DNA of 64,000 nt from Eledone cirrhosa (taxonomy: Eukaryota): the NCBI GenBank assembly GCA_964016885.1, contig OZ024744.1, forward strand, positions 7,440,001 through 7,504,000, read 5' to 3'. How positions within the stretch are numbered: the stretch's first letter is position 1; every line of letters starts with the position of its first letter. This document shows positions 40,640 through 55,083 of the stretch, one piece after another. The position numbers and the translations under genes were made by a program. Under the pieces are notes generated by a model, which saw only the letters and a list, made by a program, of their open reading frames with translations, did no database searches and had not been told where the DNA came from.

Positions 40640-42090
40640 AATAAAGGTGTAACACACGAGTTATGATATATTGGTAAAAGGAAAAAAAAATGCTGACAAA
40701 TTGTTCCCAGTGAAAAATAGTTAATTAGGAATAAGTAAAAATTAGTAATAAGTATTGGTTAGTATTCAGTTTTGGTTTTAAGTTTTACCGGTTGCGCATT
40801 TCTAATGCTTTTCAAAAATAATTTTGAGATGCCCGTGATGTTTGCTCTAATCTGATTAGTTTTTGAAATTCTACCTGTTTTATGTGAAAAAAGTGGCTCC
40901 AGATGTATTAAAATAAGTTTCGCGCTTATTCGTGTTGCAAAATTTCTTGTGGTCAAAACAATTTTGATTGGTCGGTAGAAGTCACGTGAATGTTAAAAAT
41001 TGATTTTGCGCCAAATGTAGGTTTGTCGAAGAGTGTCCTTTTTCGGCTGATTGAGAAGTAACTGAAAAATAAGTCTTTTAAGACAAATATGTGTGTATGT
41101 GTGTAGTAAAGAGGTTCATTGTTGTGATAATGGTCAGTAGGGATGTGTGTGTGAATTGCAGTCATGTTGAAAGGTCAACAGTTCAGGTGTCTATTAAGAC
41201 ATATATGTGTGTTTGCGATTGTGTGAAGTTTTTTTTGGGGGGGGGGCAGTATTTTTGTGATACTGGTAAAAAGGGTGTACATTATTCGATATTTTCAGTA
41301 ATTTGCAAAAACGATTCTCTCAAAAGAACATCAAAAACATTAATAATAAAAGGTGTGATATGATATATAGTATTGTCATAACACCAAGGTGTGTGTGAGT
41401 GTCCAGATTGTACGTACTGCAAGGGGAATCCATTAGGCCCTGCCGTATGGGAATACTTGTGTACAAATATGTATGTGCCCATCAGTGTGCAATGCATGTG
41501 TGCGCATATGTATGTGTGTGTGTCGGCACGTTTATATCTATAGACATCAAAAGGTATGCAAATGTGTGTATATTTGTGTTGCACCATAGAACATGTGTGT
41601 TTACGTGTCATTGTGTTTATATGTGGATAGAGATGTATGTAGGACGTATGCTGATGTAGGTATGTATATTGACGTGTGGGTTCGTCTCAGGCAGAAGTAA
41701 TTAGACGGGGTCCGTATTTGTTAATAAAGTGAGATTCCTGGCTGATGCGCTGGGTGTGGGTGGCATTATCTTTAAATTTGTAGAGGGGAAAGATTCGGAA
41801 GTTGGGATGATTTTGGGCGGCACAGGTATCAATGTGTTCACTCAGTGGTATTTTCCTGTATTCCCGTATTTTAATTTGGGATCTATGGACAGTCATACGT
41901 TGGCGGAGGCTGTTTTTGGTCTGGCCTATGTATTGTTCTCGACAACCTGAGCAAGTTAATACATATATTAGATTTTCTGATGTGCTTGTGAAATTGTGTT
42001 TTACTATAAAATGTTGTCCTTCTTTGAAATAGAATTCCGAACCCTCTATTAGGTTGATGCATATGCCACAGTTGGGTCTATCGCATTTCT
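40640..42090 (-). mobile_element. Penelope-like 3' fragment (GIY-YIG plus long tail)
   Basis: 41687-42090 encodes the GIY-YIG C-terminus (MTVHRSQIKIREYRKIPLSEH). The remainder matches 59555-60750 and 63408-64000. Confidence 0.85.
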
Positions 42091-42133
42091 TTTCCTTTTA
42101 CCAATATATATATATATATATATATACACACTT

Positions 42134-42201
<68 letters not shown>

Positions 42202-42284
42202 CGACTTTCGTCAAATCGGACCGAGGAAACAATGTTTCCGTCGGTCTTTCCAGTTGCTAATACTATCTATCGGTCGCAACTCCA

Positions 42285-42412
42285 GGTAGATGGAGCAACG
42301 TGAAATAAAGTGTCTTGCTCAAGGACATAACGCATCGCCCGGTCCACGAATCGAACTCACAACTTCAAGATTGTGAATCCAATTCTCTAACCACTCAGCC
42401 ACACGCCTTCAC
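42285..42412 (-). mobile_element. tRNA-derived CORE-like SINE 5' part
   Basis: Minus strand GTGGCTGAGTGGTTAG (A box), GAGTTCGATTC (B box) and TGTCCTTGAGCAAGACACTTT. Confidence 0.75.
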
Positions 42413-42725
42413 CTATATATATATATATACTGTGTATATAATAAGGGTTGACGGACCCAGCATATTTATCAATGCCAGTACCGGTTGTATCTCACCGCAC
42501 TCCATGGACAATGTAAGATACATTACCAGAGTATGCACAAAGTTATTTGCTTAAACACAACACACGTAAAACTATACTGTATATATAGTGTGTTCTGTTA
42601 TTAATTCTGGCAATATTATTACACAAATATGACCCTCGCCAAGTATAACAATATTTGTTTCGACACACGATTCATATAAAAAACCTCGCAAAACTAATTC
42701 ATCGGCGGTATATATATACATATGC

Positions 42726-42815
<90 letters not shown>

Positions 42816-44197
42816 TAATAAAAGATTGGAGACGATATTCAGTTGATTCAGGTTTATTTAAAACTCTGTTATACATATTTCACTGAGGACTATCAGTTAT
42901 GAGAGCCTGAGCTCTTGAGATGGCAAAACCTAAAATTAATATGTAAAGTTCCTAAGAAACCTTTAAATTTGGAAAAACCCAATAATTTCCCCGAAAAGGA
43001 TTATTTTTTCATGATACAGGGGCCCAACCGAACGCGTGGTGTTGTTTTATCAACGGCATGTCCCTGTATATATATATATAGCTAAAGCGAGTATTCTAGG
43101 TTCACTGACATTAAGCGATTGATAGTACACATGGGACGGAACTCCCACTGAAAATGTGACACCGGTCTTTTGTAGGGTTAAAGCTAGTTCGTGATGGTAT
43201 CATTTCCTCTAAGTAAGTAGATGGGAGGAATGTGAACTGAAATGATTGGCCCACGTGGTGCGGTAATCGATCTTACGACTTGACTCTTGCCTTTTATTTA
43301 AATTAGTCACCGTAAAGGATACAATAACACCATTCAAATGAAAGGGGTTACTGAGATGGGAGAAGACCAAGACAAAGAAAACATAATTGGCGGAGAAAAA
43401 CTATGATGGATGATATTAATTTAGATATTTTTCAAATAATATTGGCCAAGAAAGCAACAAGCCGGAGAAGAATTCCAAAGGCGAGATTTACGATGGATTA
43501 GAATTGGAGATTGCATTGAAGAACTTCAACTGTAAATAGATCTGATCTAACTGTAAATCTGTTGTTAAACTCGAGAATACGAAGCAAGAAACAGGAAAGT
43601 TCACCAAAACAGACTACTACTGACTAGGTAACAGATAATGCTTGAAACACTCAAACACACACATATATATACATAAGTTTATATATGTAGAAAGGCATAA
43701 AGCATGTATATGTGTGTGAGCGTGGGCGTGAATTAGGACATATAAACATCTTTGTTGGAACAATGACGTTATTTCTCAAGGTAATACAATGAATGTCCAA
43801 TGGTATTTTATATCAATTACAATACACAATGTATTATGTTTCTCTTTTGTTTGATGGTAATGACAATGAAACCAATGTTTACTTCTGCAGGCAAATGTCA
43901 TGAGAAAGAGGACAACAGTGTCAACTGGCAGAAATAAAAGACCCTATTTCTATTTAACGTAACCCCATATAGAGTCTTGTTCGCAGGCAAAACTGAGGTG
44001 TTATGAAGTTCGCTTTACAATCATGAGGTCTCACGATCGATTTATTGTGCACCATCATAAGTGAAATTATAATTCGCATTTTCATACTAAAGTACATCAT
44101 TTCATTATAGATAATCGGCAGCTGACCCATTGGTATCGGTCGATAGGAGAATATTATCGGTAAACCGCCAATCTGCTTATCTGAGCATCCTTCATAA

Positions 44198-44251
<54 letters not shown>

Positions 44252-44309
44252 CTCTCTCTCTCTCTCTTTCTCTATCTCTCACTATGTATGTATATATATA
44301 TCTCTTTTA

Positions 44310-46700
44310 CTCGTTTGCTTGTTCCAGCCATCCAGCTGAGACCATGTTGGGGCACCGCCCTTGTTGTTACACATTCTATCTCCAGCCTGTGTTGGCTGGC
44401 GATTGGTGCATGAGGGAGTTCGTTGCTGCTGCCCTTAGGTTACCTTCGTGCCTTGCTGTGGGCTCATCCGGGATCCTGGATAGCAAGGTGTCGAGATGTT
44501 TCTTGAAGACATCCACGTCCACACCATGCAGGTCTCTCAAATTTCTTGGCAGCTTGTTGAAGAGTTGAGGGCCTTTGAACCCCAGGCTATTGCAATATCT
44601 ACTCTTTATTCTAGATGTGGAAGACGGGACCTTTGGCACCACACAGTGACGTCCTGTTCAGGGGTTGGTCTAGCTCTTAATGCCAAATGTATATCACTGC
44701 GTATCTCTCTCGGCTTCGTTCCAAGGAGTAGAGTTTCAGCTCTTTTAGCCTCTCCCAGTAGCTCATCTCCTTCATCATGGCAATCCTCTTGGTGTAGCTT
44801 CGTTCGGTTGCCTCAAGCTCTGTGGTTAGTTTGATACTATGGGGTGACCACAGCTGGCAGCAGTAGTCGAAGCAGCTTAGGACAAATTTCCTCCATAGTT
44901 TCAACATGGTCCCTCGGTCTCTTGTCCGGAAAGTTCTCAAGATCCAGCCAGCGAGTTGTCTGCGCATTGACCCTCATGATGTGTGAAGAAAAAGATGCAT
45001 CATCGCTCATGTCTATCCCTAGATCTCGTATCGATTTCGACACGGGTATTTCGATCCCACCTGGTCCGGTGTAGCTGTGTTGTACTGTATTTGTGTTTGC
45101 AGATTGGTATTGTAGAGCTTGAAATTTGCCAGCATTAAACTGCATGTTGTTGTCTTCAGCTCATTTGTATATGGCATCCAGATCTTGTTGTAAAAGGGCA
45201 ACATCAACTGTTTTTTGATTACCTGTGCTTCCTTTCTGTCATCAGTATAGCTAGTGAGGGATGTTGTATGTACTACAGAGGGCATGTCTGAAAAAAACAC
45301 CAAAAACAGTAGTGGCCTCAAGACTGTGCCCTGGGGCACCCCACTTGTTATTGATGTTTCCTTTAGGAGAGCCCCGTTTGTGCAACTGTATGGCTTCTGT
45401 CTTTTAAGAAATCATACAGCCACTCACCTACTTCTCCATTTATGCCAGGTCTATGTAGTTTGTGACATCTTATTCCGTAGTCGACCTTTTCAAATGTCTT
45501 CACAAAGTCAAGATATATCATGTCCACATGTGAGCTGTGTAGTAGTTGTTTCAGTACCCAATCATAGAGTTGTAACAGCTGTGTAAGGCAGCCTCTTCCT
45601 GGGCGAAAGTCATGCTGCGTGCTAGTCAGGTGGTCATTTTCTTCGAGGAACGTCATCAGTTACTTTCTGATGATACGCTCCATGACCTTACTGATATGTG
45701 ACGCCAGGGAGACTGGCCTGGATGTTTTTGACCCCCGCTCTGTTACCTCCTTTATGGATAGGGCATATTGTGCCTTATTTTAGCTCTCTTGGTAGTTTAC
45801 CACTAGAAGAGGATCTTCAGTGGACTTGCTAAGGCATGTTTACATGTTTTTAGGAGAACTGCTGGGAATCCATCAGGTCCAGCAGCTGAGTTATAATTTC
45901 GTCTATGGCGGATACCACATCTTCCTGCGCAATGTGTATGTCGTTGATGGTCCACATTTCTTCGTGGAGTGTTGTGGCATCAAAGAAATCATCTGGCTTT
46001 GTTATTTGCAAGTGCCTCAATGGGGGTGCGAACCCCCTTTTGTACTGTTCATTCAGTATTTCACTTATCGCTTGGAGATCCTCAGTTAATAAACCATATT
46101 TATGAAACAGTGACCAATCTTGCAGTGTACCGAGGTAGTTTCTTTTTCAAATTTAAAGAAAGCCTTAGGGTTTGTTTTAATATTTTCTATGGTCCTGGCT
46201 TCTCTTTCTGCCCTCTTCTTCTCATAGGAAAGTTTGAGCGCAGTTTAAATTTCAAATAGTGCCTGTTGCAGATAGGGTTCCTTCTTGTTTTTCTGTTTAA
46301 CTGGTTTGAGAGCTTAGTTCTTCGTCTCATGATGATTTTCCTGTCTCTGGAAATAAGATATTTATGTCCGTTAGCCTATTTCTCCGGGACAAACTTGTGG
46401 CATATAGTTTGTATTGTTGTCATGAAATGTTGAAAATGTGTGTTGGTGTCTTGTAAGGTGATGTTGTCGCTCCATATTAGCTTTCGGATCTCTTTCTTGA
46501 TCTGTTTCCAGTTAGCACTGTGAAAGTTTAGGCTGGATAAATTTCCGGTGCTTCTTAATGCTTGCGTCTCTGTTGACTCTCTCAGACCATATATCATTAG
46601 TTCTACTAAGTTATGATCCGAGAAAATCGTTGGTGTCACCTTTTCATTGTGGATGAAGACTTCCGTTGTTGGAAAGAGTACTGTTTGTTCAATGAAAAGC
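44310..46700 (-). mobile_element. CR1/L2-group LINE ORF2 remnant
   Basis: SDHNLV, QHDFRPGRGC, DMIYLDF, GVPQGTVL, YTDD, FNAGK, IRDLGI and GPQLFNKLP motifs across broken frames. Confidence 0.85.
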
Positions 46701-46704
46701 CTAT

Positions 46705-46757
<53 letters not shown>

Positions 46758-46811
46758 AAAAAGTATGACTCCGACGGCAGAGCTCAAGCCGTTTCGACGC
46801 TATTTCTGGAT

Positions 46812-48891
46812 ATCTCACACATCGCAGTCGTTATGAAATGCAACATAGAGAGCAACTTCACACGACACCAGGAAGACCTAAAGAAAAAGTTAGAGAGACG
46901 ATTTGGAGATACAAAATTTAAAACTTTGAACTCCAAATTACACCAGTTGAAACAACAACTCACAGCTACAACAGAAAGACTAAAATATAAGTCAACAGCA
47001 CATAAACGACAAGTGCTAAATAGATTGTTTGCCAGAGATCCTAAATCAGTTTATCGCAGCTTAGGTGGCAAAAGCTCAATCCCTGTAAACGACACCCCTT
47101 CAAAGAACAGGTTGAGAGCTACTGGAGATCTGTATGGGAAACGGATGACGGATTCAACAGACAAGCTAATTGGCTAAAAGAACTGGAACAGGACTACTGC
47201 CAACATGTCCAGACAAAACAATATGACATAGATGGTTCAATACTGGAAACAGCTCTACAGAAAATGTCGAATAGGAAATCGCCAGGCCCGTAACTCATTA
47301 CAGGATACTGGTTGAAGAATTTCACTTTCTATCGGCAACCTCATTACACAATTTTCAACCGACATCAAAATGAAATTTGGTGAGTCCAAGTGTGCATATT
47401 TGGCAGCAAAACGTGGAAGAGCTGTCCCCTCCTCTAGAAATCTAGAGATGTACGGCCTGACAATACAACCTCTGCAGTCAGGTGACAACTACAGATATCT
47501 TGGACAGGATGAGAATGTCAGATATGATGGACCCATAAATAAGGAGAACCAGAACTGAATACCTCAGAAGAGTAAAGAAAATATGGTCATCAGAGCTGTC
47601 AGCATACAACAAATACATTGCCCACAATACTTATGCTGTGCCAATTCTAACGCCAACATTTGGCCTACTGAACTGGTCATTGCAAGAACTAGGTGAGATG
47701 GATGTTAGAACTCGAAAACTTCTCAGTGTTACTGGGAACTTTAACATCAATGGTAATGTGGATAGGCTATACTTCTCACGCAAGGAAGGTGGCCGGGGTC
47801 TAAAATCAATATTAACAACATATGAGACCCGGATAGTAACACTGAAGCAACACCTTCAACAGAGGAAAAAGGTTGGCAACCATCTTGCCCAGGTTTATGA
47901 GCATGAAAAAAGAAATATCATTAGAATAGCGACTGATCTGGAGGAGAGATATGGAATAAAGCCTGATATAAATCTCTCACCCAGAGAAATCGGAAGATCC
48001 TATTCAATGTTCAAACAAGATGAAAAAATTGACCAATTTACAGAAAAAGTTGTGCATGGATACTTGAGGCGTAAAACACAAACCATAGAGGAGATAAACC
48101 ACTCAAAAAGCCTGGCATGGAGTTCCGACAAGTTTATGACATCACACCTTGAGGGATCTCTCTATGCAATACAGGAACAAGAACTCCCTACCAAATATCT
48201 GCTGCACAAACGGGGAGGGCCATCAGCTGACAATAAATGTAGGCTATGTAAAACAAAGATCGAGGATGTAAGCCACATTGTTGCCAGCTGCGAAAGAATG
48301 TCATCTCGCTACTACCTCCCCATGAGACACGATGGGATAGCTAGAACCATCTGGAACGCACTTCAGAAAACAAAATTAACAACAAACGAGGAAGAATATA
48401 TTGAGACAGATGGCACTAAGGAATATTGGTGGAACCTGAAAATAAAAACTGCCACCAAATTAAAGCACAACCGACATGATATTGTAGATTGGGACCACAC
48501 ATTGAAAACGTGTTCTGTTGTGGAGATCAGCTGCCCACTTGATGTAAACGTTGTCAGAAAAATACAGGAGAAGGAGGACATCTACGGACCATTGATGAGG
48601 AGTTTACAAATCCAGTATCCAAGATACACCTTTAGCTTCATACCCATCATTATTGGAGCCACGGGTTATATACCAACCCGTTTGGACCAAAATATGACTG
48701 AACTTGGATTTGCGGACAAAGAGCGCAGCTCCCTAATTCATAGTCTACAAATGGCTGCGATAGCTGGCAACTTCAAAATTTGCAAAACATTCTTGCGATT
48801 CAAGGGATGACAATTTCTTTTCGTTTACAACCTTGCCACCAGGAAGGTGGCCGGTCAAAAAAATATACTCGAAATTAAGAGAAAGAGAAAA
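46812..48891 (+). mobile_element. R4/Dong-like LINE with an internal RT deletion and an intact C-terminal ORF (47638-48810)
   Basis: GGRGL, CRLC..H..C, RHD and VVEISCP motifs. The 3' end abuts (CATA)n. Confidence 0.9.
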
Positions 48892-48950
48892 CATACATAC
48901 ATACATATATACATATATACATACATGCATGCATACATACATACATACAT

Positions 48951-49020
<70 letters not shown>

Positions 49021-49057
49021 ATGTATGTAAATATATATATATATGTATGTATGTATA

Positions 49058-49141
<84 letters not shown>

Positions 49142-49364
49142 CATACATATATATATTTACATACATATATATATATATTTACATACATTCATATATATAT
49201 ATTTACATACATATATATATTTACATACACATATATATAATATATATATATAAGATTAGAATGTTATTTCAGCAAGATCAGCCATAACTCACACGGTATG
49301 CAAATGAGGCTAATTAGCCGATGTACACTTAAGAAAATACTATATATTTTCAACCGTCCAACAG

Positions 49365-49435
49365 ACTGGCAGAGGTATACAGTCCTGATGAAGGGTAAAT
49401 ACCCAGAAACATGTTGACTGTTCCTCAATGCCAGT
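49365..49435 (+). ncRNA. Putative minimal type I hammerhead ribozyme
   Basis: ACAGTC-CTGATGA-AGGGTAAATACCCA-GAAACATGTT-GACTGT, with stem I extended by ACTGGCA/TGCCAGT and GAGG/CCTC. Confidence 0.7.
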
Positions 49436-49524
49436 GTTGAACAAGCGGATCACAGTTTGTCATCGGCACGGCACAGTTTTAATCGGGCCGTTTGTTTACA
49501 AATGAATTGAATGTTATTGAGGTT

Positions 49525-49622
49525 CACTTTACCTTTCATCCTTATGGGGTCGATAAAATAAAGTACCAGTAATGCACTGGGTATTTTCTGGCCTTGTGGC
49601 AAAAGTAGAAACAATTATTATT
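49525..49622 (+). mobile_element. 3' half of the Nin/Deu-like SINE
   Basis: CCTTTCATCCTTATGGGGTCGATAAAATAAAGTACCAG...GTAGAAACAATT. Confidence 0.8.
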
Positions 49623-49710
49623 ATTCGATATAGCCAACATGTACATGTGTATATATATATATATGTGTGTGTGTGTGTATATATATATGTATATGTGTGC
49701 ACGTATGCGT

Positions 49711-49791
<81 letters not shown>

Positions 49792-49999
49792 TATATATAC
49801 GGGATAACAAATTATTGTTGTTATAGGTAGTCCACTTAGATGTAGTCCAGTTAGGGTACTCCGAGTTCAGAGAAACAATTGTCAGTAATGTGATTAAAGC
49901 CCTTATTGTATAGCAAACCGTGTCACTCTTCTTTCTTGATTTATATATATATAGAGAGAGAGAGATTACAATAATCAAAGTTCAGTTTAAATCATTTAT

Positions 50000-50048
50000 T
50001 TGCTTACAATTGTTTCCTCCAAACCGAGGTTTGGATTCTTCGGAGCAA
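50000..50048 (-). ncRNA. Variant hammerhead ribozyme (CCGAAGA core)
   Basis: Reverse complement of 53900-53948. Confidence 0.6.
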
Positions 50049-53000
50049 CTATTAAGTGATCTATAACATACTTGACCTCCTTTACAACACAAGAGACATA
50101 AAAACATATGCATATATTGACCCACAGTGTGATGACATCCATCAAAATATAGCATGGCAATTTACATATAAAGGTTAAAAATAAAAATAAAAATAAAAAT
50201 AAAAATAAAAATAAAAATAAAAATAAAAATAAAAATAAAAATAAAAATAAAAATAAAAATAAAAATAAAAATAAAAATAAAAATAAAAATAAAAATAAAA
50301 ATAAAAATAAAAATAAAAATAAAAATAAAAATGAAACATTGGCAGTTTATGAAGATAAAGCGAGAGGAAAGTTTAGAGTAGTCAGTGTATGAAACAATCT
50401 CACGTGTAGCATGCACGCGTGTCTTATTTATACAGGATTAGAGTGCGTCAGAATGTTACTTGCAGGGTCAGGCAGTTGAAGCAGGCAATCGATAGTATTA
50501 TGTGGGCTGAATTGTTAAATCATTTTTTCGCATACACCTGTATGGTATACAATCTCGAATGTAGAGAAACACCACAATATCAAAAATATCAAACATATTA
50601 TAAAACATTATAGCGTAGGCAAAACAGTACCACTGTCTTCGCGCACACCACCACTCACATAATCCATGAGACGCAATATATAGACCACGGGTCTATCATA
50701 TAATCCACGATGGTTCAGCATATAACCAAGTTAAAAAACCGTATCTTGTCGATTCTTAATTAATAGATCATGTTGTTTAGTTTTGTGTGATGATATTATA
50801 TTCCGGAAGTGTGTGCGTGATCAAGGGGAGTTAATGCGTAGGGGAGGTAACTAGCTGGTTTTCTTAGTTAAATTTATTATCCTAATTACACTAATGATGT
50901 TTCAAATAAGTGCCTATCATATGATGTTATAACTAATTTCTAGATTATGTTACTTATCTATAGGTTACAGTGTAGTCTATTAAGAGGTACTAAAGGTGTA
51001 TATATCAGGATGATTACCTTCTATTAAGGGGTGTCATATCTGAACATTCTATAATCTGAACATTCTATAATCAATGTTCTTTGTAAGTGTATTCCACCCG
51101 CAGAACCTGGCAGGGTCCTATTATTATATATGACTCCCGGTCAGCTCTGGGTCATTATATGTCTGAATCCTTGGCCAATATGAATATCTCCTTGGTGATC
51201 CGGAGATCAATTCTCTCATATAAAGACACTACTCTGGCCATCAAGCAATACATAAACTCCCATCTCATATATAAATTAAATTAGGTATCTTATCTACAAA
51301 TTAGAGTGGAGTCTATTAATAAGTACTAAAGGAGTTCATATTATGATGATTACAATCTAATATGGAGTGCCACACCTGGACAATCTATAGGAAGAGTCGG
51401 ACTTCATAATTAATTATATGTATATGGGTCTCGCTACTAATAATGGTCTTATTACTATTCTGTGTCCTATTACCATACAAAACTCCCGGCAAGTTTCGGG
51501 TCATTGTATGACTGAATCCCTGGTAAATTCAAATATCACCAGGGTGGTCCGGGGACCCATTCACCCATCAACAGACATTAATCTGGTCATCAAGCAACAC
51601 AGAAACTCTCAACTCATGTATCACCTGTGCATAATTCATTGTATTCATCGTATAGAATATATAGTCACTTAATAATAAATTAATTACTTAATCATCAATC
51701 TATCTCATGGTGGCACTCCATGCACAGGATTATGTTAGCACAACCAATACAGTGTCTACAGTTTATATTAATCATATATTTTTGCAATGTAGTTTAACTA
51801 ATCCACGGCCAAGATATCAGAATTAGAAGTACATGTGGGTATATCCAGGGTAGATGGTACTATAAGGTTGCCACTATTAGCTTTAGAGTATATAAATGGG
51901 TGTGGAGGTGAGGTGTAAGGTGTGCCACTAATGCTAATTGCTAGGGGTGGTGACGCTTCCAGTCTGAGATTGTTATATATAGGGTTTAAAGTTTTGGAAA
52001 GAGTGTCGGAAGCGGTGTTGGCATGATGCGAACACTTCTGATTTTTTATTAATGAGATTATGGTTAGAGAAGATGATAGTATGGGTCTCTAGTAGACAGA
52101 GGTTACAAAATTTATTAGGTGGTTTGTACGATGTTGCACTACCTACCACTTCCCATTTAAGTGTATATAGTTTATTTTTAGTTTTTAGATAGTATATGTA
52201 GCTAGATAGTGAAGTGGAGTTGGCTAGACTGTGTTTTTTGAAAGAGTGGAGGTGCGAATTGTATCTAGTTTTGAAGCAGTTAGAAGTAGAGCCTATATAG
52301 GTTTCAGAAGAGTTGTTAGTTGTGACTGTTCATGAGTATATGATATCCTTGGTTAAGCATTTTTTATCTAAAGGGCAGGTTCTATTTGATCTACAGTTAC
52401 AATTATTCTGGGTGTTAGTCTGCCGGTTACTATGCTGTGTAGAAGTCTGGATGCTAGCTATTGGGTTATGATTATGTGGGTTGTCATTCGCAGCGTTATT
52501 GTTTACACTAGTACTATTACTATTGATATTAGGGTTAGTTGCTATAATGTTATTTTGAATGTTATTTTGTTGTGATTTAGTTGGTTGGAAGTAAGAATTA
52601 ATTTTACTTTTATTGCTACTAGCTATGTGGTATGCTAAGTTAGGCGTAGTAGAGTATGAGATTTTAATAGTGTTTTTGTTTAAAAGGCCATGGTACTTGT
52701 GGCCGGATGGGAAGTTTTTATCTAGTAGTGAGAAGAAAGCCCGAGGTAGGTTGGTAGAGACGTTTAGATTGAAAGGAGGGTTGAAAAATGTATTATTTCT
52801 TCTTCTATTTCTGTTTTTTATGTCTGGTGATTTGTTCCCTTTTATGCTATTATGGTAATTTCTGTGGTGTGGGTTAGTTTTGTTGTTATCATCTCTATTA
52901 GTGTGTGTGTGGTTGCTATTCCTATTATTAAATTTTCTCATGGACATGTGTGAAATAATATTGTAGCTATGCGTTTTTGTAGGTAGGAACTCTATCCCTG

Positions 53001-53899
53001 TATTATGGCCTGATCTAGCTAGTGCCTGATTATAATATTGCGAGTTATTGTTAAATGTGTTTACGTCATAGGATAGTTTAGAGATTCTATTAGATACTCC
53101 CTTAGAGATAGAGTTTAATATAGATCTAGGATGGTTAGACTTGGTATCTACGTAAATGAGTTTTTCATTAGGTTTGTGGAAGGGTGCATATATCATTGAG
53201 TCTAGGTAGAGTGTGGCGTCTAGGAAGTTGACGTGTTTAGTGTTTTTGTCCATGGTAATACTAAGGTTATAGTTTTTGAATGTTTTGTGCAATAGTTTTC
53301 TAGTTCTTGCTATATTGAATTTTTTCTAATCTATAAGTAGAAGTGCATCGTCGCGATACAAACCACCGTTGAAGTAAGGAAGGTCCTTATGGATTTGATA
53401 TTTTTGATATTGTGGTGTTTCTCTACATTCGGGATTGGATACCATACAGGTGTATGCTAAAAAATGATTTAACAATTCAGCCCACATAATACTATCGATT
53501 TCCTGCTTTAACTGCCTGATCCTGCAACTAACAATCTGCCGCACTCTAATCCTGTATAAATAAGACACGCGTGCATGCTACACGTGATATTATTTCATAC
53601 ACTGACTACTGTAAACTTTCCTCTCGCTTTATCTTCATAAACTGCCAATGTTTCATTTTTATTTTTATTTTTATTTTTATTTTTATTTTTATTTTTATTT
53701 TTATTTTTATTTTTATTTTTATTTTTATTTTTATTTTTATTTTTATTTTTATTTTTTTTTATCCTTTAACCTTTATATGTAAATTGCCATGCTATATCAT
53801 TGTAATGATGTCATCACACTGTGGGTCAATATATGCATATGTTTTTATATGTCTCTTGTGTTGTAAAGGAGGTCAAGTATGTTATAGATCACTTAATAG

Positions 53900-53948
53900 T
53901 TGCTCCGAAGAATCCAAACCTCGGTTTGGAGGAAACAATTGTAAGCAA
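53900..53948 (+). ncRNA. Variant hammerhead ribozyme (CCGAAGA core)
   Basis: TTGCT-CCGAAGA-ATCCAAACCTCGGTTTGGAG-GAAACAATTGTA-AGCAA. Confidence 0.6.
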
Positions 53949-54662
53949 ATAAATGATTTAAACTGAACTTTGATTATTGTAATCTCTATATAACTGCTCT
54001 GTAAAACAACTGATGTTATTACATTGAGCTATTTATCTTACTAGTAATAAGATAGTAATAAATGACTATCTTTCACTATTTGGGGTTTGTATAAAAAATA
54101 TATAACCATAAAAGGTTTTATTATATACATAACCATAAATAGTATCCTTAATACTATATATATATATATATGTTTGTCTGTTTCTCTCTTACTGCTTCCC
54201 CCTCTCTCTGTTTCTCTCACCTTCTTTCGCCCTCTCTGTCAGTTACACTTTCTCTCGACTGGCCTCTTCCTCGCACTTCCACTCACTCACTCTTTGCTTC
54301 TCCCCTTCTCACTTCCTCCCGTTTGACCTGAAGTGGGGTCCTTTCTTGCTCACACCTCACTCGCGTCGCACGGTCTGTTGCCTCTCGCTCATGAAATCCA
54401 CATAGCTTAAGCTGATCGGACTCCCATGTGCTTGTTTTTTCCTATCTTTGCGTTGCTATCCTTCTATGTTTGTTTACTTGTCTCGCTCGCTTTACGCGAT
54501 TTACTTGTCCCAATAGCTTTATTTAGCTATTGCTCGCACCAACTGGAGGTATATGAATTTTAAAGCGATGAAATACCAATGAAGGTTGGAAAATCACTGA
54601 TGAAGGACTATTTTTATCATATGTAACCCTTGTGCAACCACGCAGTATTCTTTCTTCTCATG

Positions 54663-54749
<87 letters not shown>

Positions 54750-55035
54750 GTGTGTGAATGTATGCGTGAGTGTGTTTGTGTGTGTACGTGAGTGAGTGTA
54801 TATTGACAATATCACCTATTTATACATATTACGGTGGAACCTAGCCAATGTGTCTGAAACGTGTTTATTTATTTACTCATTAATTGTGACTTGTATAATT
54901 TTGCTTTATAAAACTGCGGGAATTTGAATTAATGTGTATAAATGATTAATACAATTCTGAAACTGTCATTACCAATTGAATATTTACTATATATACGTTA
55001 TATATATTGGTCCGATTTGACGAATGTCGATCGTT

Positions 55036-55083
<48 letters not shown>

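Larger units (their letters stand above)
49961..53987 (-). mobile_element. Penelope-like element with about 600-bp inverted terminal duplication
   Basis: GGLYRDD at about 53350, ORF 52330-53292 (VNFLD, SNHP, CNCR..CPL..KC) and IIY..TYIGSTSNCFKTRYNSH. 49961-50593 is the reverse complement of 53394-53987. Confidence 0.85.

Noticed and set aside
43880-43940. Possible terminal exon (TTCTGCAG/GCAAATG...TAA)
   Set aside because: Too short, with no recognisable protein and no partner exons.
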